The notes under the pieces are model-generated. The model made no database searches. It saw nothing but the letters and a program-made list of their open reading frames with translations, and was not told the origin of the DNA. A stretch of 63,788 nucleotides of DNA, counting the filler, from Nemertoderma westbladi (taxonomy: Eukaryota; Animalia; Xenacoelomorpha): assembly GCA_032718475.1 (NCBI GenBank). It is 3 parts of 3 records of this genome, joined end to end, with 100 filler letters (N's around TTAATTAATTAA, not from the genome) between each part and the next. Parts side by side here need not be neighbours in the genome. Positions count along the whole stretch, not along the records: positions 1 to 29,568 come from JAUCBJ010008057.1; 2 more parts are not named here. One strand, 5' to 3'. The position numbers were made by a program, and so were the translations under genes. Shown one piece after another: positions 11,422 to 23,800 of this stretch (its first letter is position 1; each line of letters starts with the position of its first letter).

Positions 11422-14400
11422 GTTAAGTAGAGTTAAAGACCTCCACTTTTATGCCTATGTTGGATTCTTGTCATCTGATATGTACCAGCTGTAGCTGATG
11501 TTTGGAATTTGTTTAGGTTAATTTACCATTTATGGTTTATTCCTAACGCATAATTGTTTAGCCTTCGTGTTACCCTAACCCTATTTATATTTTATAAAAT
11601 GCCTTTGATTATAGTATCATGGGTTAGGGTACCGTGTTAGTTTTTATTAGGGTTGGGTGCGCCGCTATTGTATGTAGCCTCTAAGGTAATAATAATATCT
11701 GCTTTATTAGCGATCATAAAGTATTCAATTAATTGTTTAATTAAATATTTATTAGATAAGATGAAACTCAATATGATTATATTTTATGTAACTTACATAA
11801 TTATTTATTTATACAATACTCTTTACTTTAAACTATGATTATTATTGTTTATACAATGATAGAACACGTTCGTGGGGCCATCGCGCAGGACGAGGCTCAG
11901 TTATTAGATACAGATTAAAATTCAGCAATTCTAACCCAAAATCGGTACTTAAGAAATTTAAATAAATAATTAAGAAAATTTAGCCAAACTTTACTTTAAA
12001 TTGGCAGCTTGGCATCGATGTCATAGAAGTCCACAGACAAACTACTCAAAAAATTCAATGCATTCTTCAGTCCTTGGGTCTCGCTCATCGGTTAGTCCAG
12101 TTTGTCCGTAGCGCTAGCTCAGTGGCGATACCAAAAGTCGAGGTTGCCAATGACACTGTGACAGCCAGAGGCGGTGGCCTTGATGGCGAGTTGTTTGAGT
12201 ACCGGTACAATTCCAAAACGTTGCTGGATATTGCAGTATTGGGCTGTTGGGGTACCTAGTGCAGAAGTGTATACCGGAACATGGAATAAAGGTCAGCTGG
12301 TACAACCTGACAATATGTCAGTCAGTCTTAAGTCCGTATATTTTCAAAACTTCCATGGTTGCCTTTGCCGAGCCGATTGGCGGGTGGCGCCAACGACATG
12401 AAGACAGTGCCGGTAACCGTATGCTAATCTCGCTTACTTTCGTCGTTCGCCCCACAAGACAATTTTTATCCAGTCAACCAGTAGTTAGCAAGTCGTTAGA
12501 CTTGATTACTGTAAGAAAAAAAAGCTACTGGCTACTGACTACTGACCTAGAGCAAAAACGGCTCTAACGATTTTGATGAAATTTTGCATGGACCATGAAA
12601 ATGGATTTCTAAGGGTACTTGTGAAATCGCGGTTTAAATTGAAACATCTCAACTTGTTTTATTTCGAAAAATAGCCCCAAAACACTAAAATTGCCATAGG
12701 CGCAATGATAAAACACCAGCTGGCACTCATGAAAAATGTATAGAGATGGCCTGGTAATGCATTCAATAGGAAGGGCAACTAACAAAGAAGTACTTTCTCT
12801 GCCAAGTTTTATTATCACTCTACTATACAACCCAGACAGTAAACAAACATTAATTTGTTTAACTGGCTATTGCAGTCTCAGCTGAATAACTCTTCCCAAT
12901 GCATCCTTACTATGTTAATTAATTGGCGTGCAAGCTTAATGACTGTTAGTTAAACAGTGTGTTGGCTACACAGTGTATTGTAATATGCTCTCATCGCATT
13001 ATTGTTTTATTTTGAAATCTTTGTGCCAACATTAATACTGTGGAGGCTGTATGCTTATAAGGCTGAATATTTACTCAGCCTCAAAATGATTCTCCATAAG
13101 GCTAACATTATTGTTTGAAATATAAAAATCTGTTATAATAATAATATAATTGTTATATTTAATTAATATCGTGGTTTACATTGAACAGTGTAAATTGTTA
13201 ATTGTGGTTTACATTGAAACATCTCAACTTGTTTTATTTATTACAAAAATAAGAACGAATTTGTCTTATCACTTCATGTGCGCGATTGTATTGAATTCAT
13301 GACAACTGCTGTTGTTGTTATTAATCAATTGACACCTCGACTCCTCTCTGAGACTCCGACTACTCTATCCGATAGAATAAAATAATCATTTCGCTAACTG
13401 CTCTCTATCTTGTATAATCACAACAGGTTTTATAATTCATTAGATGATTACAACATAATAATTATAGTTTGAAGTTGTCTAGAAAAATGTTCGTACACCA
13501 CCGGGACTACCCTCACACTAATTTATTATCAGACAGAACAAAAAGCTTTTACTTGATTCGTACTGTCCCCTACGACTTGCTTCACGGGCCGCTAGGCCCG
13601 TCTCTAGTGGCCATTTTCTTTTAGTATTCCTAACATAACCCAGCCAGTACCCAGCAATATGAGATATATTATGGCATAGGCCGGCGGAGTATAAGTAAGG
13701 TTTGTATAGCGAGAGTATTCAACCAGAGGGAGTTCAGTGGTGCCGATGGGGATGACTTAACTAAAACTTATTTTGTTACATTATGTCAACTTAACAGCGT
13801 TCTGGTGAATTACTCAACGCTGCAAAATAATCAATAACATGGAAACAACTTCAATTACAGTATTCCAGAATGCATTATTTCCATTTACATTAATGAGTGC
13901 TTCTTTATTCAATAAAGCAGCACCTGTTTGCATAATGGGTGCGTCCAGTTTGCAGTGACGCGACTAGCTATTGTATGTAAATAATAGTAAGTCTCACTGT
14001 ATTCCATAACGTCCTATAGAAGACATATTAGAGAAAATGAGCAAAGAAAACATGGCGACAGTGTTCAGTAAAACTGAACGGACACAGACGGTGACTCAGT
14101 TTGCTTCAGTCGACGATGGATCAAAGATTTATCACATCGATGCAGGAGATAACAACAATAAACTTTAATTAGATATAAATGTATCGTTCCGCTACAGTAC
14201 CTGTTAATAATTTTCACTTATATTCAAACGCTAATGATAAGTTGACATAATACACATCATACAGTATAATGTAACAATAGCTATTTACATCAATGTTTGC
14301 AAAGTAGCACTTTGCAGCGTTACGACCCGAGTTGATTTATGTACGGTACCGAGCGAGCGCAGCGAGAGAGGTTCACATAAATAAACAAAGGGTCTTTAAC

Positions 14401-14546
14401 GCTGAAAAGTGACCTTTGCAAGCAATGATGTATGTAATTTTGTTACATTATGTCAACTTATCAGCGTTCGGTATGAGAAGAAAGGATTTTATGGATACTC
14501 ATTTAAACATTTTAATCTTGTACTACATCAAATATAAGTGAAATTT

Positions 14547-15814
14547 TGTACGCGCTTTTGAAGACCTTTAGCAGTTTAACCTGCCAAAATTTATATGTCT
14601 TTTGGTTTATAAATAGACTTTAGAAGTTGACAAATATTTAATACCAATAAACACAACATTAGCAGAAGCCAGCCTAGTGCGCGTCCATTCACCCGCTGGA
14701 TATACCCGGGAGACTGGATTCTGAGGGCTTAGATTATTATTGCGGTGTAAGCTTACTGTATTATTCGATTGATCGTTAATAATTAATTTCTGACTAATAT
14801 TATTCACTTTCGGGAAATATTAACAGTTCCTTTAGGACGTGGCGCTCTATCTAGGTAAACAGAGATATGACTTGTACTAAACACAACGGTAAGTCGGTAA
14901 GGCTTATGATTCACGTATGAGGCGCATTCTTTAGGAAATGCTTAGTTATCAGCCACAATCATGCACACTACCGGTAACACACAATACTGCTCACTAATTT
15001 GCCGACCGTCAATGAATTTTATCATATATAAAGAGAACAGCAACTGACTCATGTAGTGCTTATCAAATAGCATTAAATTCACTACAAACCACAATAATGT
15101 AAGTCGCAATCGCTATATATAACCCGTCTCTCTAACCTGTAGTGTATCAAGAAAATTGGGAAATTTGGGTTCTTTATAGATGTTCTCCAAATAATATTCA
15201 ACCAACTGATACAAATATGACAACAGTAAATAGCAGTATAATAATGTATGTTGAACCGATAATGCAAGACTGAACGGAGTTGCACCGATTGTTATGCACT
15301 GATAACAGTTATACGCTCTATAATTTAAGCCTACTAATGTTTCTTCTAAAGTATGAAAACGAATTGACTCTAGAGCCGGTGTTCCTGGCCTAGATAGAAA
15401 CAACAAAACAGTATCAAGAAAAAAAACAGTAAGACTGAACACTACTAGCACGATCTGCTAAATATCTCCACATCGACAGAAAAAATCGCTCTGATTGGCT
15501 TAAGCTAAACAAAGAACCATGTGTCCAATGGCCGTTTCCATGTCAGCAACCAGCTGTTAGATGTCGTAATCTGAATCATCAAGGCTAAGCTGTGCCAGGG
15601 TATTTGGTGCATTGCGGGTTTTTTGCCTTACCATGTCCGCCAAAGCACACATATAGAAGAATGACGTTTATGTCCGTTAAAACACCTATAACGGTACCTT
15701 GCGGGCGAGGGGGATATATATATAGTTAGAGAGCTTTTTAGAGTATTCCAGCGCCTGGGGGGAAACTGGATTGCAAAGCAAAAGGGCCAGTTATATCCCA
15801 CAGAAGCTTTTACA
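14547..15814 (-). mobile_element. Solo LTR with 5-bp TSD
   Basis: TGTA...TACA termini flanked by AATTT at 14542-14546 and 15815-15819; homologous to 3327-4591. Confidence 0.88.
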
Positions 15815-16253
15815 AATTTATTAACAGGTACACATTATTAAATTAAAGTTTATTGGAAGTTATCTCCTGCATGGGTGAGGGTGTGATAAATCTTTAATCC
15901 ATCTTAACCTTGGTTGACTGAAGCAAACGGCAAACCTTCTGTGTCCGTTCAGTTTTACTGAACACTGTCGCCATTTTCTTTGCTAATTTTCTCTTAAGTT
16001 TTTCTATTGGACGTTTGGACATAATGGATTACACGCTAAACAATTATTCACATAACGTAGCTAATCCCGTACCCGTCACAGCAAACTGGATAATAAAAGC
16101 AGCACTCATTAACTAACATAAATGTAAATAATACATTCTGGAACACGGTAATTGAAGTCGTAATTGATGACTTTGCAGCGTTCCCTCCTTTAGGCCGCAA
16201 CGCTGCAAAGTAGCACTTTGCAGCGTTACGAGTAATTCACCAGAACGCTGTCA

Positions 16254-16288
<35 letters not shown>

Positions 16289-17527
16289 GGGGGGGAGTAC
16301 CCCCGCTACTTCAATAATTAAAAAAAAAAAATTTTTATTTCATATAGAGCAGATTTTTATCAAGATTCCAAATTTGAAAACCGTTTAGCTAGATCTGTCT
16401 TATTTCTCGAGATATGGCTGTCTGTCCGTTTTACTGTCGGTTTTGTCCGTCAGTATGTCTGTCCGTCAATAAAAACTATACTATCTGTCTAAAAAATTCC
16501 CTGTATGGGTTTTCGTGGTCGTTGACTTCATTTCTGATGTCATTAATCAAATTTGGCCTTGTCGGTTATGTCTGTATGCCTGTCTGTCTGTCTGTCAAAA
16601 TATAACCGACAGTCTGACAGCCAAACAGACAATTTGGAAGTCATCAAATGTTAAAATTGACACTCGAAATGAATTCTGCGACCAGGAAAACCCCTATAGC
16701 TTAACCTTTTAGCTCAATGGTTGTTGCCTTTTTCTTATATTTGACAGACAGATAGTCGGATAGACAGAAAGACCGACAGACAGACATACAGACAAACTAG
16801 ATTTAATTAAAATTGAAAACTGACCACAGAAATGAAATCAGCAATCAGGAAAACCCCCATAGCAAAAATCTTAGCATGGTTTTATGCTTTCTTGTTGATA
16901 GATATATATTGACAGACATTCTCACATATTAACAGACAATTTTTGCGGGGAAGGTTCAAATTTTAAAGGCAATTATCTCGGAATGGTATATTTTCATTTC
17001 AACGATCTTTAAAATGCTACTCCTCTGCCAATTTTTAATATTTTTTCATGAAATTTGGACAGAGTAACCACATGCCTGGTATCTTCAAAAGTTTGGTCAG
17101 AATTTTAAAATTTTGATCCTAACTAATTTTATTGTATTCGAAATGTGAAAAATGCATTTTTTTTTATATAATAGGAAAATAATTAATTAATTTGATAATA
17201 AAATTGGAAATAATCAATATCAAAAATTTTTGACCAATACTTTTATTCAACCATATATCCTAATTATAAATACGAAATAACTAGTTATATAACTAATGTT
17301 TGTAAGAAGAGTAGTGTTTTTAGTAATAGTAGTAATTTAATGCTACCAATTAGCACTAAATTATTATAACTATATTACAAAAAAAATTTTTTTAATACAA
17401 CCTTCAGTTATCGATTGACCCTCATACCAAAAATTATTCATTTTGGACAAAGCCTTGCCCTGTTACTATTGGTTTTCATTGACTGTGTCATTATAGTGCT
17501 ACCCCCCCCCCCCCCCCCCCCCCCCCC
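16254..17527. mobile_element. Non-autonomous DNA element bounded by G and C tracts, inserted at a TTAA-like site (Kolobok-like)
   Basis: Splits the sequence aacgctg-ttaa-gttgacataatg that is intact (inverted) near 13790. Right end is CCCC-TTAA; left TSD is degenerate. Confidence 0.5.
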
Positions 17528-18319
17528 TTAAGTTGACATAATGTAACAAAATTACATACATAATTGCTTGCAAAGGTCACTTTTCAGCGTTAAAGACCAT
17601 TGTTTATTTACCTAAACCTCCCTCTCTGCGCTCGCTCGGTACATAAATAAACTCGGGTCTAAACGCTGCAGAGTGCTACTTTGCACACAATGATGTAAAC
17701 GGTTATTAGCAGCATTTTTAACATTTTCAGACAGGACGACAGACATTAAATTTATATAATTATAATATTTATTTAAATCAATAAAAGTCGAAGAAAACTG
17801 AATAATTAGCCTTTCACTATGTTTGACCCGATTACATATATTCCGTAACCGGTGAAAGCCTGCTGTTCAATAGAGTATAATATGGCAAATATACCAAAAC
17901 ACAGTTAGCTGGAAGGTAAAAATACCAGTGTTACTGTTAGTTACTGTGAAATACTCTTCAGACTTACCAGCCAGACCCCTAAAGTTACCTAAAAACTATA
18001 TCATTGGTATTTGCAATATTAATGAAATAATTGGATTGGACATACATTGAATTGCCTAAGTACAAATGTTATAAATAAAAACAATATGTTATTTGAAATA
18101 AGACCTGTATAAATTACTATTTAATATTTTAACGCCACATACTGTATGTACACAGTTTTAGTACGAAAAATATAGTATTTTAAAATCATTAATAATTAAT
18201 ATTATACTGGCATTGGTAAAATTGGAATAACTAAGTACAAAGGTCTAGTACAAAAAATACGTTAAAATATATCGAGTTTATTAAACTAGGCTCAGTAAGC
18301 TAGTGAATGCCTGTACGCC

Positions 18320-18880
18320 GTCAAGGGTGTTCCACAGTAAACCCGTCCCCTCTGTTTCCTAAATGAATGCCTATTCACCACCATGGGTGATCTTTCACAG
18401 TAAACCCTTCCACTCTGTTTCCTAAAGGAATGCCTGTTCACCACCATGGCCATGGGTGATCTTCCACAGTAAACCCTTCCACTCTGTTTCCTAAAGGAAT
18501 GCCTGTTCACCGCCATGGGTGATCTTCCACAGTAAACCCTTCCACTCTTGTTTCCTAAAGGAATGCCTGTTCATCACCATGGGTGATCTTCCACAGTAAA
18601 CCCTTCCACTCTGTTTCCTAAAGGAATGCCTGTTCACCGCCATGGGTGATCTTCCACAGTAAACCCTTCCACTCTTGTTTCCTAAAGGAATGCCTGTTCA
18701 TCACCATGGGTGATCTTCCACAGTAAACCCTTCCACTCTGGTTCCTAAAGGAATGCCTGTTCACCACCATGGGTTATCTTCCCCGGTAAATCATTTTACT
18801 ATGTTTCCTAAATGAATTCCTGTTAATCAACATGGGTGATCTTCCACAGTAAACCCTTCCACTCTGTCTTCCACTCTGTT
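18320..18880. repeat. ~61-bp minisatellite (~9 copies) fused to the tail of a tRNA-derived SINE (18830-19060, minus strand)
   Basis: Unit ccatgggtgatcttccacagtaaacccttccactctgtttcctaaaggaatgcctgttca; the same leading motif begins the SINE-like copy at 42185-42370. Confidence 0.85.
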
Positions 18881-20880
18881 TTCCAAGTTACCATGGTTCT
18901 CATTTATCGACCGACAAAGGATGAAAACCTTGGTAGAGCTAGTCTACAGCATTTAAAGTCTCGTGCCAAAACAGTAAAAACAATGCGTCGTCCAGGGAAC
19001 GAATCTGGAGCCTCCTGAATGAAAGCCCAGATTGTTAACACTAAATCAAGCTGCTGCTTAGTCTATGAATTGAGTATAAAAATATGAATAATATCATTTC
19101 TAATTGTAGGTCTCCTCTAACTGAAACTATTTGAGTATAAATATAAATGTAAACTTTAACTACGGTAAAATATGTGACTTAGAGGAAGTATGAGAAGTTG
19201 GTGAAAGTATCCGATATTTTATAATGACAGGGGCGATAAAGACACGGGGGGGGGGAAGACCCAGTGGCGGTGAGTTCCTCAAAACTCAGAACTGGGGGGC
19301 GATAAGTTCCCAACAAAAATTCAATTTATAGGGGCGATAAAGTTCCAGGGGCGATAAGGTCCTGCATCGGTCTACTGCTAGTTCTGTATCACTGCAGCGT
19401 AATTAAATTAAATTCGACTTGTTATTGGCAGACAAATTTATAAATAATAAATATAAATAATTTATTTTGTGAGAACATGATTTATTTTAAGGAAATCATA
19501 TTTCATTTGGGAAACTCGTATTCAATTTGGAAAGTAGTATATTCATATTGGGACATGACCTACTATAGTAGTAGGTCATGATTGGAAAAATTAATTAATA
19601 ATTGAAGCAGTAAAAAAAAATTATTTGGGTTAATCTAAATATTTTGGTGTAAATATAAATCATTTGGGATAAAGTATGTATTTAGGGGCAAAAACAATGT
19701 ATTTGGAAAGTTTATTTTATTTATTTTGGGTATGAAAATCATTAAATTGTGGGCAATAAATATGGCGGAAAAATGAATATATTTGGTGCAGAAATTATCT
19801 TTGGAGAAAATAATTTGTGGCGATTTATATTCTCCCGTGTAATAATAATATATTATAAAATGAATGATTCCTTATTAATAAAGTATCAGACGATCATGCC
19901 AGGTCGAGCGCTCAGGAATACAGTAGTTACGCAGGCCCATCGTACTGATTTATTTCGGAGCTAATCATTCCAAAATGTCAACTCACAACTCTAATTTGCT
20001 GTATTTAGTAATAATTTAAAGTGAAGGGATACATTGGCTAAGGTGTTTGGGTAATGGTGTTGGTTGCCTTGGTTCCAATAAACGCCATTCGTTATTGGTT
20101 TGGCACTCAGTAAGCCCGTAATCATTTATCGGACTGCTCCAGGTTATTTCCTTAAAATTATTACAAAACATTTTACTTTACTTTATCCAAAATAATTGAT
20201 AATAATTTATTGGCGACAATAATTAACAACACTGTTCTGGTACTATTTATAACTTGACGTTATTAACCACTTCTTAATTTTTCTTTACTTTTCAATAAAA
20301 TACTCTTCTAATTGTATATGAATTATTGCAAACTGAGATTTGTTAGGTTAAGATAATAAACAGCCTCCCGATATTAGGATACCTGTATAGGATTTACTAG
20401 TTCTTAATAATCTGATGACATATTTTTAATTTTTTTAGAAATGCGGGGCAAATAATTGTAGTCCGTATATTAGGTAATGAAATCACGCACCGCACAGAAC
20501 AAAAGTCAGTGGACATATTAATGGGTTGTTGTGGTTCATAGTCGATCGCAGGAAATCACTGATTTAATTTTCTATATTTTTTTTTAATTATCCACAAACG
20601 TTACCACATATATTCACTTAATTGACGGTATCATTTTTATAAATTATTTTTGATTGCTTTTAAATATTGTCACTTTTTATTTTTTGCTTCAGTTTTTTGC
20701 TTTAGTTTTATTTAAACTGGTACGATCACATTTTGTATTTATGACTACTTACAGTACAAGCACATCTGTATTGTCTATTTTCTGTCTTTTGTTTTAAAGG
20801 AATAGTTGAACTATTATTATGGTACCGGTACTGGTACATATAACAGTGTTTACAGAATAATTCTCGACACATGTTGAAGC

Positions 20881-23800
20881 ATGGACGACAATGACGTCAG
20901 ATTGACAAACAGCCCTAGTAAAGACGATAGCGATGGCGACACAGTGTAAGTGATATTTACCCAACAATTTATCTACTACTGTAAAATATGGTTGTATCTT
21001 GTATGAATATACAGTAGGAATTAGGTTGCTAATCGAAGAAAATAATCATATCAACGCGTACCTAGTTTCTATAGTACAGTAACTCATTTATCGCTTGTTA
21101 TCCTTTCCTGATAGATATTCCCACCCTCTATGTATGTTTCATTACATTTTATACATTCCTTATATTTGTTATCAATCGAACAATTACAGGGTTGCCACTC
21201 ACCTGGAATAGTCAAGGAATTTAATTTTTCCTTGAAATGGCAGGGAAATGTTAGGGAATTCTTGAAAAAATGGACAAATCATTGAAAAGTTAGGAATTGA
21301 GGCTTGGGAATTTGGGGAATTTGATATATCCTATATAAAGGAAATGTATCATAAGCGAAAATGCGTAAAAAAAGATTTGCTCGCTTCGCTCTCCATTAAG
21401 TTTCCTCACATCACTAAATATAGTTTAACTCATTTGCTTCTTTGTGGGGCGAGCCACGAAGTGAGCGAAGCCTTAGCATATGGGTGCCATTAACGAGTTG
21501 TCTGTCGTCGTAAATTTTTGATCGCTAATAACTCGGTGACTCCTTGATGAAATTAAGCGAAACTTGGTACGTATGTAGTCCGTCAAAAGTTTAGAAAGAA
21601 TCTGCATTTTGGTAAAAGAAAACGAACAAATGTAATGAGGCAAATGAAGGAGACGAGTATTGTGTTGACGACTTCTTACTAACGGCAGACAACTCGTTAA
21701 TGTACCCCCTATATACTGTACTAAGGCTTTGATCACTTCATGCTGCGCGAAGGCCCCACGAACTTCTCAGTAATCACGGAAGTGTCAGGGAAATTGAAAG
21801 AATTGCAAAATGAAATAAAAAAAAGTGAGGAAATTTGAAATGGAAAAAGGGTGAAGTAGTTAACCATACGATCTACTTGGCAAGGCGGACGGCCAGACTC
21901 GGAAAATCTGGAGGCGGTCAGTTTAGTATTTCCGTCACTATTTTATATTATATATTTTCCCCAAAATATGGCTTTCGGGCCTGTAGTATCACCTTGACTT
22001 TAGTACTTACTATATTACTGCAGGCTAACATCGTATTATTTGGTATTGTAGAAATAAAGCTAATCCTGGTTCCGCTTCTAGCAGAACCAACTTCGTAGAA
22101 GACCAGCACACTGATTTGCTGACGCCATCATCTAGAAGCGTCAAGTCTCGTAAAAGTCACATCGAGGAAGAGCCAGGTGGGTTTATATGGTATTGATACA
22201 TTAGGTAATCAGAAAATGTTTATACTGAGACGGAAACACGTCCATGTGTACATAAAATATTGAAACGGAATAGAAACACGTTCGTGTGTACATAAAATAT
22301 TGAAACGGAACAGAAACACGTTCGTGTGTACATAAAATATTGAAACGGAATAGAAACACGTTCGTGTGTACATAAAATATTGAAACGGAACAGAAACACG
22401 TTTCGTGTGTACTGAAACAGAACAGAAACACGTTCGTGTGTACATAAAATATTGAAACGGAACAGAAACACGTTCGTGTGTACATAAAATATTGAAACGG
22501 AACAGAAACACGTTCGTGTGTACATAAAATATTGAAACGGAATAGAAACACGTTCGTGTGTACATAAAATATTGAAACGGAACAGAAACACGTTCGTGTG
22601 TACATAAAATATTGAAACGGAATAGAAACACGTTCGTGTGTACATAAAATATTGAAACGGAGCAGAAACACGTTCGTGTGTACATAAAATATTGAAACGG
22701 AACAGAAACACGTTCGTGTGTACATAAAATATTGAAACGGAACAGAAACACGTTCGTGTGTACATAAAATATTGAAACGGAACAGAAACACGTTCGTGTG
22801 TACATAAAATATTGAAACGGAACAGAAACACGTTCGTGTGTACATAAAATATTGAAACGGAATAGAAACGTTCGTGTGTACATAAAATATTAAAACGGAA
22901 TAGAAACACGTTCGTGTGTACATAAAATATTGAAACGGAATAGAAACACGTTCGTGTGTACATAAAATATTGAAACGGAACAGAAACACGTTCGTGTGTA
23001 CATAAAATATTGAAACGGAATATAAACACGTTTGTGTGTACATAAAATATTGAAACGGAATAGAAACAAGTTCATGTGTACCTAAAATATTGAAACGGAA
23101 CAGAAACACGTTCGTGTGTACATAAAATATTGAAACGGAATAGAAACACGTTCGTGTGTACATAAAATATTGAAACGGAACAGAAACACGTTCGTGTGTA
23201 CATAAAATATTGAAACGGAACAGAAACACGTTCGTGTGTACATAAAATATTGAAACGGAACTGAAACACGTTCGTGTGTACATAAAATATTGAAACGGAA
23301 CAGAAACACGTTCGTGTGTACATAAAATATTGAAACGGAACAGAAACACGTTCGTGTGTACATAAAATATTGAAACGGAACAGAAACACGTTCGTGTGTA
23401 CATAAAATATTGAAACGGAAAAGAAACACGTTTGTGTGTACATAAAGTATTGAAACGGAACAGAAACACGTTCGTGTGTACATAAAATATTGAAACGGAA
23501 CAGAAACACGTTCGTGTGTACATAAAATATTGAAACGGAACAGAAACACGTTCGTGTGTACATAAAATATTGAAACGGAATAGAAACACGTTCGTGTCAT
23601 ACAATATTGAAACGGAACAGAAACACGTTCGTGTGTACATAAAATATTGAAACGGAACAGAAACACGTTCGTGTGTACATAAAATATTGAAACGGAACTG
23701 AAACACGTTCGTGTGTACATAAAATATTGAAACGGAACAGAAACACGTTCGTGTGTACATAAAATATTGAAACGGAATAGAAACACGTTCGTACGTGTAC

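Larger units (their letters stand above)
13770..17700. mobile_element. Nested cluster of inverted copies of a non-autonomous repeat, hosting the solo LTR and a poly-G/poly-C-bounded insertion
   Basis: 13770-14110 is the reverse complement of 15915-16252 plus 17528-17550; 14286-14470 is the reverse complement of 17528-17700. Confidence 0.65.

Noticed and set aside
11103-11430. In-frame TGA every 11 codons as selenocysteine or readthrough; the array as an intron
   Set aside because: No SECIS was recognised, and no GT/GC...AG pair removes exactly 297 nt; simple tandem expansion explains it.
3327-15814. One large LTR element capturing COMMD3
   Set aside because: The LTRs are clearly diverged and the right one has its own TSD.
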